Source of the DNA: Synergistales bacterium
Lineage (GTDB): Bacteria; Synergistota; Synergistia; Synergistales; JAFGMB01
NCBI GenBank assembly: GCA_963666205.1
Contig: OY762654.1
Span: forward strand, 288,001 to 352,000
Length of the DNA: 64,000 bases
Reading direction: 5' to 3'
Below, piece by piece: positions 21,107-31,199 of the stretch (its first letter is position 1; the number at the start of each line of letters is the position of its first letter). A program made the position numbers and the translations under genes. The notes beneath the pieces are model-generated. The model was not told where the DNA came from, searched no databases, and saw nothing but the letters and a program-made list of their open reading frames with translations.

Positions 21107-22143
21107 GCATCCCTCCCTGAGAGAAGATAGGTAACATTGCCTTCAAAAAGGGTTCTCAGATCAGTTAATCCATACTTCAGCATAGCCAATCGGTCCAGAC
21201 CAAGTCCCCATGCAAACCCGTTGTACCTTTCAGGATCAATGTTACCTGATCTTAAAACGTTGGGATGAGTCATGCCGAGACCGCACACCTCAAGCCAGCC
21301 GCTCCCTCTGCAGATTCGACATCCAGGATCTGATCCCGAACAGGCAATACATTCAATATCAAGTTCAAGAGAAGGCTCCGTAAAGGGAAAGTAACTTGCC
21401 CTGTAACGTTTTTTGAGTTCCTTGTTAAAAAAGGAATCAAGAAGAACATCAAGACAACCCTTGAGATCCGCTATGGAAATATCCTCATCGATAAGAAGTC
21501 CTTCCAACTGATGAAACATGGGGGAATGGGTAGGATCGCTATCTTTCCTGTACACTCTTCCAGGACATATGATCCGTATCGGTGCTCCATATTTAAGCAT
21601 AGACCTGACTTCAACAGGTGATGTATGGGTTCGAAGGACTCTTCCGTCATCAAAATAAAAGGTATCCTGCATATCTCTTGCAGGATGATGGGGAGGAATG
21701 TTCAACGCCTCAAAATTGTAGTAATCCTCCTCTATCTCAGGTCCCAGAACAACTGTAAAGCCCAGACCAGTCATAATTCTAAGCACATCATTTGTAGCCT
21801 CGACTACTGGGTGGAACCCTCCTGCAGATCTGCTATTTGCTGGTAGGGTTACATCAATAAAATCCTTCAGTTCCATTTGTCTCAGTTCTTCATTTTTAAG
21901 AAAAAGAGTTTTTTCCTGAATGATGCTTTCAATGGTATTGCGCAATTCATTAACTGCATTTCCTGCAGTAGGTCTCTTCTCTGCAGGAAGGGTACCTAAA
22001 AGCCTCAGAAGGGAGGTTACTTTACCCTTTTTCCCCAGGAATCGAACCTTAATCTCCATTATTTCCGAAGTATTTGAAATGTTCGTAATTGAAAGATCAA
22101 ATTCCTCGCGGATAGATTGGATGTTTTCAAGAATATCCTTCAT
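21103..22143 (-). CDS. pheS: Phenylalanine--tRNA ligase alpha subunit
   Basis: HPARDMQDTF, LRTHTS, FPFTEPS, GFAWGLGLDR. Confidence 0.97.
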   Translation of the reverse strand: MKDILENIQSIREEFDLSITNISNTSEIMEIKVRFLGKKGKVTSLLRLLGTLPAEKRPTAGNAVNELRNTIESIIQEKTLFLKNEELRQMELKDFIDVTLPANSRSAGGFHPVVEATNDVLRIMTGLGFTVVLGPEIEEDYYNFEALNIPPHHPARDMQDTFYFDDGRVLRTHTSPVEVRSMLKYGAPIRIICPGRVYRKDSDPTHSPMFHQLEGLLIDEDISIADLKGCLDVLLDSFFNKELKKRYRASYFPFTEPSLELDIECIACSGSDPGCRICRGSGWLEVCGLGMTHPNVLRSGNIDPERYNGFAWGLGLDRLAMLKYGLTDLRTLFEGNVTYLLSGRDA

Positions 22144-22835
22144 CGCCCATTTCCTCCCTTGCCATTATATTCTTCGAGTTCAGTAACCCATGTGCTGAGT
22201 GATTCCTTGCGACCAGCTATGAGCAGGCGATCTCCATTCCGAATGACAGAATCTGCATTTGGAAGGAAAAATGAACCTTCCCGGTTGAATAGAAGGACCA
22301 TTGCATCATATTGGGACCGGAAACGCAATTCAGCAAGTGTTTTACCGATCATATCAGATAAGGGTGTGATCTCCCCAACAAGAAAACCGGCCCCAGGAAG
22401 CTGTGAAAAACGTGATAGCCAGGGATGGATAAACTGTTCAGCAACCCTTTGCCCCATATCTCTTTCTGGAAAAATAACCTTGTGGGCACCCACCCGGGCA
22501 AGAACTCTCGCATGAAGGTTCGTTTGAGCCCGTGCCACAAGATGGGGTATCTCGAAACCTTTCAGAATTGTAGTTGCAAGAACACTCGCTTCTATGTTTT
22601 CACCAATTGTGACAACTGCAACATCAGCTTCCTTAGCACCCACTTTGATTAAAGAATCTTCATCCGTCGCATCAATCTGGGCACATAGATCCACAATCTC
22701 TGCCATTTCCTGTACCTTTGCAGGATTTCTATCAACAGCAACTACATGCTGTTCCAGAGATACCAGCTTCTCACAAAGAGATATCCCGAAGCGTCCAAGC
22801 CCGACAACAAGTATCATCTTTTTTTTTGAAACCAT
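22140..22835 (-). CDS. ktrA: Trk/Ktr potassium uptake regulatory subunit (RCK)
   Basis: GLGRFG nucleotide-binding motif, FPERDMG, RCK_C tail. Confidence 0.88.
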   Translation of the reverse strand: MVSKKKMILVVGLGRFGISLCEKLVSLEQHVVAVDRNPAKVQEMAEIVDLCAQIDATDEDSLIKVGAKEADVAVVTIGENIEASVLATTILKGFEIPHLVARAQTNLHARVLARVGAHKVIFPERDMGQRVAEQFIHPWLSRFSQLPGAGFLVGEITPLSDMIGKTLAELRFRSQYDAMVLLFNREGSFFLPNADSVIRNGDRLLIAGRKESLSTWVTELEEYNGKGGNGR

Positions 22836-22846
22836 TTGAAAGCCCC

Positions 22847-24166
22847 CTACCCTATTGGTATATTAGCTTTAGCGTAAGAAATATCCGTATCTGATTCTCT
22901 TGACAAGATTCCGTAAATAAAGGTCAGGATTCCAATCCTGCCCCAGAACATCAATACCATTAGAACCAGTTTGCCAGGGGTCGAAAGGAACATGGTAATA
23001 CCTGTTGATAAACCTACCGTCCCAAGAGCTGAGATAACCTCGAATATAATATCCCGGAATGGTAGAGTCTCCAAGAGAGAAAGAAGTGTTGTCGCAAAAA
23101 GTATTGTTCCAAGGTACATAACTAAAATAGCAAGAGATCGGAGTATATTTTCATTTTGGATCGATCTGTTCCATATGACTGTACTTCTTCTTCCTCTAAG
23201 AAAGTTCCAGGAAGAGAGGATCAGAACACCAAATGTGGTTGTCTTGACCCCTCCCCCAGTAGATCCTGGAGAGGCTCCAATTATCATAAGAATGCATAAG
23301 AACAGTATGCCAGAAGATGAGAATTCTGAAATAGGAACAGTATCAAACCCTGCAGTCCTTGGCGTAACACTCTGGAAAAGGGCATTCCATATCTTCCAAC
23401 CCTCACCAAGATTCTTTAAACCATGTTGCCACTCTGTAATCCCAATAAGGAAGGTCCCCCCGACAATAATGGTGATCGTGGTGACTAAAACCAGTCGAGA
23501 ATGGATGTTCAGCCTCTCTTTCCCTCTTATAAAACCAATCAGGTTTACAAGGGGAAGAAAACCCATTCCGCCTAGAACTATAAGTAGCATAACAGTTCCT
23601 GGAATAATCAGTTCCTGAGAATACATTTCAAGGCTGGATGTTATAGGAGAAAAGCCTGCATTACAAAAAGAACTTACACTGTGAAAAACAGCATAATATA
23701 AAGCCTTGATCCAGGGTAAATCCCTGTTAAAAGAAAGAAAAAGGGGAATGGCCCCAAGGATTTCTATGATCAGAGTTATCTGAAGAATTTTCATCAGTAG
23801 TTTCACAGCACCTGCAGGACTATCTATGCCAAGACTGCCGACGAAAAGAATCCTCTGTCTTATACCTATCCGTTGTCGCAAAAGAAGAAGCATGGTCGTT
23901 GCAGCTGTCATAACACCCAGACCCCCAAGCTGGATCAGTATCAACAGAATGGCCTGAGATAAAGGAACAAGGTCTTTTCCTGTATCAACAATGACAAGTC
24001 CGGTAACACATATGGCAGAGGTAGAAGTAAACATAGCATCTACCAGACTGATTCTTTGTCCACCTGAATAATTGGCAGTCCAAATGAGTAGGGTTCCTAT
24101 CATAATTAAAGACAGGAACCCGAGTAATATTGTCCGCTCAACTTTCAGGGAACTGTAAGTTCGCAA
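22847..24166 (-). CDS. ktrB: Trk/Ktr potassium uptake membrane subunit
   Basis: SAICVTGL, FCNAGF, RTAGF, SPGSTGGGVK, TVGLS pore loops. Confidence 0.9.
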   Translation of the reverse strand: MRTYSSLKVERTILLGFLSLIMIGTLLIWTANYSGGQRISLVDAMFTSTSAICVTGLVIVDTGKDLVPLSQAILLILIQLGGLGVMTAATTMLLLLRQRIGIRQRILFVGSLGIDSPAGAVKLLMKILQITLIIEILGAIPLFLSFNRDLPWIKALYYAVFHSVSSFCNAGFSPITSSLEMYSQELIIPGTVMLLIVLGGMGFLPLVNLIGFIRGKERLNIHSRLVLVTTITIIVGGTFLIGITEWQHGLKNLGEGWKIWNALFQSVTPRTAGFDTVPISEFSSSGILFLCILMIIGASPGSTGGGVKTTTFGVLILSSWNFLRGRRSTVIWNRSIQNENILRSLAILVMYLGTILFATTLLSLLETLPFRDIIFEVISALGTVGLSTGITMFLSTPGKLVLMVLMFWGRIGILTFIYGILSRESDTDISYAKANIPIG

Positions 24167-24168
24167 AT

Positions 24169-24528
24169 TTATTTCCCCAGAGCAACCTTCGCTTTGGAAA
24201 CGAGTCCTTCAAATGCTGGCATATCGTGAACAGCAAGATCTGCAAGCATTTTCCTATTAATTTCAATACCGGTTTTCTTAAGACCGTTCATAAAGCTACT
24301 GTAACTCATACCATTGGATCTAGCAGCTGCATTTATCCTGGTAATCCAAAGCCTTCGGAAATCACGCTTACGCAGTTTCCGATCCTTATAAGCATTTGAC
24401 AGAGAGTGAAGGTAAGCCTCTCTCGCTCTTCTATAAACATTTTTCTTTCTACCAAAATAACCCTTGGTGATAGAAAAGAGCCTCTTCCTTTTTCTATCGC
24501 TTGCGCTACCGCCTTTAACACGAGGCAT
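24169..24528 (-). CDS. rplT: 50S ribosomal protein L20
   Basis: [31 protein letters not shown]. Confidence 0.98.
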   Translation of the reverse strand: MPRVKGGSASDRKRKRLFSITKGYFGRKKNVYRRAREAYLHSLSNAYKDRKLRKRDFRRLWITRINAAARSNGMSYSSFMNGLKKTGIEINRKMLADLAVHDMPAFEGLVSKAKVALGK

Positions 24529-24577
24529 CGCTTGCCACCTCTTTCATCATTCAATAGTATTGTTGCTGTTACGATCC

Positions 24578-24775
24578 TTAACCGTAGGGAAGCAGTTTTT
24601 TCATTGTTTCAACAAGAGTATCAGAAAGGAACCCTTTGTCACGGAGTCTGCGTAATCTGGCTGAATTCTTCTTTCTGAGAAGATGACCTCTACCATTCTT
24701 TTTGTAAGACACCTTGCCAGAGCCACTGAAAGAGAACCTTTTTTTAGCCCCGGAATGGGATTTAAGTTTGGGCAC
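24578..24775 (-). CDS. rpmI: 50S ribosomal protein L35
   Basis: (M)PKLKSHSGAKKRF...LLPYG; GTG start at 24775 after GGAGG. Confidence 0.97.
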   Translation of the reverse strand: MPKLKSHSGAKKRFSFSGSGKVSYKKNGRGHLLRKKNSARLRRLRDKGFLSDTLVETMKKLLPYG

Positions 24776-24834
24776 GAAAATACCTCCTTCCAATTGCAGA
24801 ATTGACTATTACCTTATATATCTGAATGAAAAGA

Positions 24835-25383
24835 TCAATCTTCCTTTTCATTTTCCTTATATGTTGAAATTGGCGTCATAAGCATTCTCATATAACGACC
24901 TTCCATTCTCGGCAAGGATTCAACCTTCCCAAGTCCCTCGCAATCTTTCATCACTCTATCAAGGACCTCACGTCCCCTGTTAAGGAAAGCCATTTCCCTG
25001 CCTCTAAAAAATACTGAAACCTTAACCCTGTGCCCATTTTTCAGGAAGTTAATGATGGCCTTGACCTTGAAATTATAGTCATGTTCATCAATCTTCGGTC
25101 GCATCTTCATTTCCTTAAGAGTCTGGACTTTTTGTTTTTTTCTTGCGTCTTTCTCTCGCTTCTGCTGTTGGTACCTGAACTTACCATAATCCAAAATACG
25201 ACAGACAGGAGGGCTTGCCTGAGGTGCGACCTCAACAAGATCCAGTTCCTTTTCCTCCGCAAGTTCCAATGCCCTGGGAAGAGGTATTACACCTAGTTTC
25301 GCTCCACTATCATCAATCAATAGAACCTCACGGGAAGTAATTTCTTCATTTACGCGAGGTTCGTCTTCACCTTTTTTAGCTAT
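24835..25383 (-). CDS. infC: Translation initiation factor IF-3 (non-canonical ATA start)
   Basis: PRVNEEI, LDLVEVAP..PPVCRILDYGK, FRGRE; GGAGGTG lies 7 nt before the in-frame ATA at 25383. Confidence 0.95.
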   Translation of the reverse strand: MAKKGEDEPRVNEEITSREVLLIDDSGAKLGVIPLPRALELAEEKELDLVEVAPQASPPVCRILDYGKFRYQQQKREKDARKKQKVQTLKEMKMRPKIDEHDYNFKVKAIINFLKNGHRVKVSVFFRGREMAFLNRGREVLDRVMKDCEGLGKVESLPRMEGRYMRMLMTPISTYKENEKED

Positions 25384-25404
25384 AGCTTTTCACCTCCAGA
25401 AAAT

Positions 25405-25558
25405 AATATAAAAAGGGTCGGGATTTATCCCGACCCTTGTAGTTTGTCTTAAATCAAAATCAGCCTTCACTGAAATGATCCACAAGACCCGGAAACTCCT
25501 ATGGTCGCCAGGTGAGAGGTCGGTTCAATCCTCTTCTTTTCCTATTCATTATTCAATC
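25405..25558 (-). promoter_or_regulatory. L20 leader-like autoregulatory attenuator
   Basis: Upstream of infC-rpmI-rplT; CTCTCACCTG motif; terminator AAGGGTCGGGA-taaa-TCCCGACCCTTTT; promoter TTGCTG-N17-TATAGT at 25565-25593. Confidence 0.7.
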
Positions 25559-25595
25559 CGGATTACTATATCACATACATTCTGATTCAGCAATA

Positions 25596-27491
25596 TTAAG
25601 AAAGAGGATCGAATTCTGAATCAAAGAGATGTATCAACTCCTCAATATTCATAGCCCCCAGATCACCCTTGGATCTTTCGCGCACGGCTACCTGTTTGTT
25701 CTCAACTTCGCGATCACCTATTACCAGCATATAAGGAACTTTCTGCATTTGTGCATCCCGAATCTTTTTACCCAGTTTTTCATCGCGGAAATCGATTTCA
25801 CATCTTATATCATGAGACTGCAGGATATCCCTTGTTTCCAATGCATAGGGATGCACTTCATCCTTAACAGCCAGTATTCGAACCTGCACAGGTGAGATCC
25901 AGAAGGGGAAAGCACCTGCAAAATGTTCGATCAATATCCCGAAGAACCTCTCAAGACTTCCAAGTACAGTTCGATGAAGCATAACCGGGCGGTGGGACTC
26001 TCCATCTGAACCAATATAGTTCAGGTCAAACCTTTCCGGCATCTGGAAGTCAAGCTGACAGGTTCCGCATTGCCATGTTCTTCCGATACAATCTTCAAGG
26101 TGGGAATCTATCTTGGGACCATAAAATGCACCATCGCCAGGATTTATCCTGTAGGGTATTCCGGACCGTTTCAGTGCATCTTCAAGAGCTGCCTCCGCTT
26201 TGGACCACATTTCAGGATCTCCCATGGCATTCTCCGGCTTTGTAGATAATTCTACATGATAATCGAAACCAAAAACGTCTTTATAAATGTATTTGGAAAG
26301 CTTCATAATTCCAATGATCTCATCCGTTACTTGTTCGGGCGTACAATAAACGTGTGCATCATCCTGGGTAAAGCATCTGACTCGCATAAGTCCATGCAGT
26401 ACTCCTGATTTTTCATGTCTATGTACAGTACCCAGCTCCGCCATTCGAAGAGGAAGTTCCCTGTAACTGTGGATCTGATTGTTATAGACCAGAATTCCAC
26501 CAGGACAATTCATCGGTTTAATGGCGTAGGGTTGCTCGTCTATTTCTGTAAAATACATATTTTCCCTGTAATGATCCCAATGACCGGATCTGATCCATAG
26601 GCTCTGATCAAGAATAAGAGGAGTCCTTATCTCACAGTAACCCGCCTTGGTATGAGCCTTTCTCCAGAAATCGGTCAGTTTATTCAGTATAACCATACCT
26701 TTAGGGTGGAAGAAGGGGAAACCTGGACCTTCAGGCTGGAGGCTGAACAATTCGAGTTCCTTCCCAAGTTTCCTGTGATCTCTGTTACGGGCTTCCTCCA
26801 TCTTTCTGATATATGTATCCAGGCTGTCCTTATCTCCAAAGGCTGTCCCGTATATCCTTGTAAGCATTACATTCTTTTCACTTCCGCGCCAGTAGGCTCC
26901 AGCAACAGAAAGAAGCTTGAAATTTCCCAATTGTGATGTATTCCGGACATGTGGCCCTCTGCAAAGATCCACATAATCTCCCTGCTTGTAGATAGTAACC
27001 GTCGAGTCTTCAATTTCATTAATAAGTTCGACCTTATAGACATTCTGTTTTTCTTTGAAGAGATTAATGGCATCTTCTTTGGAAAGAACCAGTTTTTCTA
27101 CGGGATAAGCTCTTTTTACAAGCCTCTGCATTTGTTTCTCGATCTCTGGAAGATCTTCTTCTGATATTTTTGTATCTACATCCATATCATAGTAATAGCC
27201 GTCTTTAATGGAGGGACCTATACCAAATCTGGTACCGGGATAAAGGATCTCTACAGCTTGTGCCATAAGATGTGCTGTTGAATGACGAAGAACATTCAAG
27301 CCCTCCTCGGAATCAGCATAGATGGGCTCAACTAATGCATCCTCCGAAACAACTGTTGACAGGTCGACCACACAAGAATTTACCCTGGCAGCCAATGCTC
27401 CTTGATGAAGTCTGAACTGTTTCAGTATTTCAAAAGCATTCATTTCGGCCCCCTGGATAGATAGACCATCTGGCCCTTTGAAAGTGAACAT
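25596..27491 (-). CDS. thrS: Threonine--tRNA ligase
   Basis: RHSTAH, DLCRGPH, RDHRKLG, KPMNCP, GSLERF; start is ATG 27491 after GGGAGG. Confidence 0.97.
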   Translation of the reverse strand: MFTFKGPDGLSIQGAEMNAFEILKQFRLHQGALAARVNSCVVDLSTVVSEDALVEPIYADSEEGLNVLRHSTAHLMAQAVEILYPGTRFGIGPSIKDGYYYDMDVDTKISEEDLPEIEKQMQRLVKRAYPVEKLVLSKEDAINLFKEKQNVYKVELINEIEDSTVTIYKQGDYVDLCRGPHVRNTSQLGNFKLLSVAGAYWRGSEKNVMLTRIYGTAFGDKDSLDTYIRKMEEARNRDHRKLGKELELFSLQPEGPGFPFFHPKGMVILNKLTDFWRKAHTKAGYCEIRTPLILDQSLWIRSGHWDHYRENMYFTEIDEQPYAIKPMNCPGGILVYNNQIHSYRELPLRMAELGTVHRHEKSGVLHGLMRVRCFTQDDAHVYCTPEQVTDEIIGIMKLSKYIYKDVFGFDYHVELSTKPENAMGDPEMWSKAEAALEDALKRSGIPYRINPGDGAFYGPKIDSHLEDCIGRTWQCGTCQLDFQMPERFDLNYIGSDGESHRPVMLHRTVLGSLERFFGILIEHFAGAFPFWISPVQVRILAVKDEVHPYALETRDILQSHDIRCEIDFRDEKLGKKIRDAQMQKVPYMLVIGDREVENKQVAVRERSKGDLGAMNIEELIHLFDSEFDPLS

Positions 27492-27504
27492 TATATCGCC
27501 TCCC

Positions 27505-27755
27505 AAAAAAAAATATGCCCACGTATCTCCTTTATGGAGACGACGTGGGCTGGTTCGCGGTTCCACTCCATTTCCGAAACCTGAAGGTTTCGGCTCTCTA
27601 ACAGCTATAAGGGGCATTCCCCGATGCCTTATCCATTTGGCTTCGACATCTGCTCCAGGATGGTCTTCCCTAAATTCGATCACAGGAACTCTCTCAGCGT
27701 TACAAGATCCCTCTCTGTGTGATTTCCAGAAGGTACTCTTCCCTTCATCGCGATA
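27505..27755 (-). promoter_or_regulatory. T-box riboswitch (Thr, ACC specifier)
   Basis: GA motif, AGAGA and GCTGAGA boxes, ACC at 27662-27664, GAGTGGAACCGCG T-box, GCCCACGT...ACGTGGGC terminator with U9; promoter TTGACC..TATAAA at 27778-27805. Confidence 0.9.
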
Positions 27756-27818
27756 GATTACTTTAGATTAAGAGCATTTTATACCATTTACCAGGGTAGG
27801 GTCAATGGCTCATCCGAT

Positions 27819-28265
27819 TCAGCTGGAACCAGTACTTCCGAAACCTCCAGTTCCACGTTGTGTCTCCGAAAGGACATGCTGTTCATTCCACCCGATCTGT
27901 GTAACATGAGACACTATCATCTGCGCGATCCTGTCTCCAGGAACTATGGTATGCTCTTCTTTCCCATGATTTACCAATATTATTTTTATTTCACCGCGAT
28001 AATCTGCATCAATGGTGCCTGGCGAATTCAGCACTGTTACTCCGTACTTAATAGCAAGACCACTTCTAGGTCTGATCTGGGCTTCAAAACCAGGTGGAAG
28101 TTCGATATATAATCCTGTTGAAACTAAAACCCGATCACCTGGTTCTATCTTTACATGATCCATGGACCTTAAATCAAGACCTGCAGAATTACAAGTTTCG
28201 TAAACAGGAAGATCGAATTTCTGTGCTCTTGAATCACGCTTCACTTTTACAGTTATTCTCATCAT
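27819..28265 (-). CDS. dut: dUTP diphosphatase
   Basis: [33 protein letters not shown]; start approximate. Confidence 0.95.
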   Translation of the reverse strand: MMRITVKVKRDSRAQKFDLPVYETCNSAGLDLRSMDHVKIEPGDRVLVSTGLYIELPPGFEAQIRPRSGLAIKYGVTVLNSPGTIDADYRGEIKIILVNHGKEEHTIVPGDRIAQMIVSHVTQIGWNEQHVLSETQRGTGGFGSTGSS

Positions 28266-28293
28266 TTTTCGCCCTGGGTTTCTCAAGGACACC

Positions 28294-30558
28294 TTACTGT
28301 CTTTGTCCCCTTGGTCGACTCGTCCGGTTTCTTGAATGATCACCTCTGGGGTGATCTCCCCTAGACCCGGAAGGTTTCGAAGTCGTATCAGAAGAAGCGC
28401 TTAAAGTTTCAAATCCCTTCTCTCTTTCTATCTCCGCAGGTAGTTGCTCTGCAAAACCCGCTTCAATAACGGCGTTTTCGTCCTGCATCAGGCGTCTTCG
28501 GGTAAGGTTGGTCCGTTTCATATCATCAATCTCTTTAACCATTACCAGGACCTGATCTCCGATCTTAAATGCATCCTCTATCTTCGGTAACCTGTGCTTG
28601 CTTACTTCACTTATGTGCAGGAGACCTTCCTTGCCAGGAAGGATCTCAACAAAGGCACCAAAGTTCATCAACCGGGTTACAGTTCCAAGATATATTTCTC
28701 CAGCTACAACCTCTTTAGTCAGGGCTTCTACCATTGCAATAGCTTCGTCCAGAGTTTCCTGCGCGGGTGCAGATATGTAGACCTGTCCGGAATCCTCTAC
28801 ATTCATCTTTACACCTGTTTTCTGGATTATTCCTTTAATGGTTTTACCACCTGGCCCTATAAGATCGCGGATCTTTTCGGTATCTATTGACATAACATGT
28901 ATTCTTGGCGCTGAGCTGGAAAGCGAAGAAGGTTCACTAATAGCTTCTTCCATTCTTTCAAGAATATGAAGTCTTCCATTTCGTGCCTGTTCGAGGGCAG
29001 ACTCCAGGATCGGGCGAGTTATTCCTCCAGCCTTATTATCCATCTGAAGAGCTGTTACTCCATCACGGGTTCCAGCCACCTTGAAATCCATATCCCCATA
29101 ATGATCTTCAAGTCCCTGAATATCAGTAAGTATCTCTACTTCCTGTCCCTCTTTGATCAATCCCATAGCAATTCCAGCGACGTGTTTTTTCAGAGGGACC
29201 CCGGCGCTCATGAGTGAAAGACTTCCACCACAGATAGAAGCCTGGGAACTGGAACCATTGGATTCAAGAATATCAGAAACAACTCTCATGACATAAGGAA
29301 ATTCCTCTTCAGAAGGTATCATTGGCTTCAATGCCCTTTCAGCAAGAGCTCCATGTCCAATTTCTCTCCTACCGGGCCCTCTCATCGGGCGCACCTCTCC
29401 CACAGAATATGGAGGAAAGTTGTAATGGAGAAGGAACCGTTTGTTAGGCTCATCTTTTTTCAGCCCATCGAGCATCTGGTCATCCTGTCCCATCATACCA
29501 AGGGTGGTAGTAGCAAGAGACTGTGTTTCTCCTCTGGTGAACAGCGCAGAACCATGGACTCTGGGAAGAACATTTGTTTCACATGAAATAGGCCGGACTT
29601 CATCCATTCTGCGTCCATCAGCTCTTACCTTTTCAACAAGGATAGCGGACCGCATTGATTTTTTTACCATCCGGTCTATACTTGCCGTAATATATTTTTC
29701 AGATCCGGGGATCTTCTCCATAAAATACTGAAGAGCTTTTTCCGTGGCTATTTTTATTTTTTCAGATCTGGGTTTCTTCTCGTGGATTTTGACGGCCTCA
29801 GAAATGGTTTCCTCTAGCTCGCTTTCAAGCCAGTTGTCAATCTCACTTATTACAAGTGGTTTAAGTATCTCTTTCTTGGGGAGACCTATCTCTTTCTGCA
29901 TTTGAAGCTGAAGTTCCACTATCTTGATGATTTCGGACTGCGCAAGTTCGATCGCATCAACAAGGATAGATTCTGATACTTCATTAGCACCTGCTTCAAC
30001 CATGGTGATACCATCGGCATGGCCAGAAACAATAAGGTCAAGAGAACTCTCTGGGATCAGCTCTTCGGTTGGGTTGACAACCAGTTCATTGTCAATAAGT
30101 CCTATACGGACCGCACCTACAGGCCCAGCCCATGGAATATCAGAAATCATGAGTGCAGCAGAAGCTGCATTTATTGCAAGTATGTTTGGTGGATTCTTTT
30201 GATCAACTGCCATTACAGTTGCAACGACATGAACATCATTTCTCAGATCTTCTTCGAAAAGGGACCTTATTGATCTGTCAATAACACGAGCACTTAAAGT
30301 TGCCGTCTCGGTAGGTCTACCCTCTCTTTTAATAAAACCTCCGGGAATTTTACCAGCAGAATAGTAGCGTTCTTCAAAATCAACAAGAAGGGGGAAAAAG
30401 TCAATACCCTCCCTTGCATAATCTGTAATACACGCGGTAGTCAATACAACAGTTTCTCCCTGTCTGGCAAGGATGGAACCAGAAGCCTGTTTCGCAAGTT
30501 TTCCCGTTTCAAAGATCATTTCCTGTCCACCAATAATGATGGAATATTTTTTTAACAT
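28294..30558 (-). CDS. pnp: Polyribonucleotide nucleotidyltransferase
   Basis: [39 protein letters not shown] and S1 domains. Confidence 0.98.
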   Translation of the reverse strand: MLKKYSIIIGGQEMIFETGKLAKQASGSILARQGETVVLTTACITDYAREGIDFFPLLVDFEERYYSAGKIPGGFIKREGRPTETATLSARVIDRSIRSLFEEDLRNDVHVVATVMAVDQKNPPNILAINAASAALMISDIPWAGPVGAVRIGLIDNELVVNPTEELIPESSLDLIVSGHADGITMVEAGANEVSESILVDAIELAQSEIIKIVELQLQMQKEIGLPKKEILKPLVISEIDNWLESELEETISEAVKIHEKKPRSEKIKIATEKALQYFMEKIPGSEKYITASIDRMVKKSMRSAILVEKVRADGRRMDEVRPISCETNVLPRVHGSALFTRGETQSLATTTLGMMGQDDQMLDGLKKDEPNKRFLLHYNFPPYSVGEVRPMRGPGRREIGHGALAERALKPMIPSEEEFPYVMRVVSDILESNGSSSQASICGGSLSLMSAGVPLKKHVAGIAMGLIKEGQEVEILTDIQGLEDHYGDMDFKVAGTRDGVTALQMDNKAGGITRPILESALEQARNGRLHILERMEEAISEPSSLSSSAPRIHVMSIDTEKIRDLIGPGGKTIKGIIQKTGVKMNVEDSGQVYISAPAQETLDEAIAMVEALTKEVVAGEIYLGTVTRLMNFGAFVEILPGKEGLLHISEVSKHRLPKIEDAFKIGDQVLVMVKEIDDMKRTNLTRRRLMQDENAVIEAGFAEQLPAEIEREKGFETLSASSDTTSKPSGSRGDHPRGDHSRNRTSRPRGQRQ

Positions 30559-30617
30559 TTGTTTTCCTCCTCAATTTTCAATCCTTTGTTTAACCTTTAA
30601 AGGATACCACATGAAAG

Positions 30618-30651
30618 CAAAAAAAGTGCGAGGGCAAGTATGCCCTCGCAC
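30618..30651 (-). terminator. Intrinsic terminator after rpsO
   Basis: GTGCGAGGGCA-tact-TGCCCTCGCAC followed by U7. Confidence 0.8.
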
Positions 30652-30669
30652 CAGATTCTCCACCTTTGA

Positions 30670-30936
30670 TCAGTGGCGCAACCCAAGTCGTTCGATCAAC
30701 GTTTTGTATCTGTTGAAATCCTTGTTCTTCAGATATCTCAAGAGTTTTCTTCTGGTACCAACCATCTTGAGGAGACCACGTTTCGAATGGAAATCCTTTT
30801 TGTGAATCTTGAGATGTTCAGTTAGATCCCTGATTCTCTGGGTCAACATGGCGACCTGGACCTCTGCGGATCCAGTATCAGAACCGTGGGCTCGATATTC
30901 TTCGATGATAGCAGATTTCTGTTCCTTCTGTAACAC
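30670..30936 (-). CDS. rpsO: 30S ribosomal protein S15
   Basis: [28 protein letters not shown] start at 30936 after GAGGTG. Confidence 0.97.
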   Translation of the reverse strand: MLQKEQKSAIIEEYRAHGSDTGSAEVQVAMLTQRIRDLTEHLKIHKKDFHSKRGLLKMVGTRRKLLRYLKNKDFNRYKTLIERLGLRH

Positions 30937-31010
30937 TTGACTCACCTCTTATACAAATTCCCGAAACCAAGAAAAACAGTAACTGTAAAACCTAGTATCG
31001 GGTTTAAAGA

Positions 31011-31039
31011 ATATTAGCATTCAAGCCTTTATTATGCAA
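31011..31039 (-). promoter_or_regulatory. rpsO promoter
   Basis: TTGCAT-N17-TAATAT with TGn extension. Confidence 0.55.
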
Positions 31040-31199
31040 GCGCCGCGACATTTCTATCAGTTCCATATAATGTCGAGGCACAGTAATGTCCTAATATTGT
31101 GCTACTGGTATCGACAACTTGCAATTATTATGATTTAATGTAAAGTAACTTGTTAAAACTAATTAATTTACACAAAACAGTATGATAGGAGGTGAGCTA

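Noticed and set aside
22971-23618. Long antisense ORFs (e.g. 22971-23618, 20316-20882, 13827-14381, 32760-33245)
   Set aside because: Shadow frames opposite well-supported genes; no RBS or family motifs
26103-26105. ThrRS GPKIDS instead of the usual GPKIDF (TCC vs TTC); similar ERSP in LeuRS near 42455
   Set aside because: Single substitutions that could be natural variation or consensus error; cannot be judged without reads
27492-27683. 64-aa N-terminal extension of ThrRS in the ORF track
   Set aside because: It overlaps the T-box antiterminator and terminator; the real RBS and ATG are at 27491
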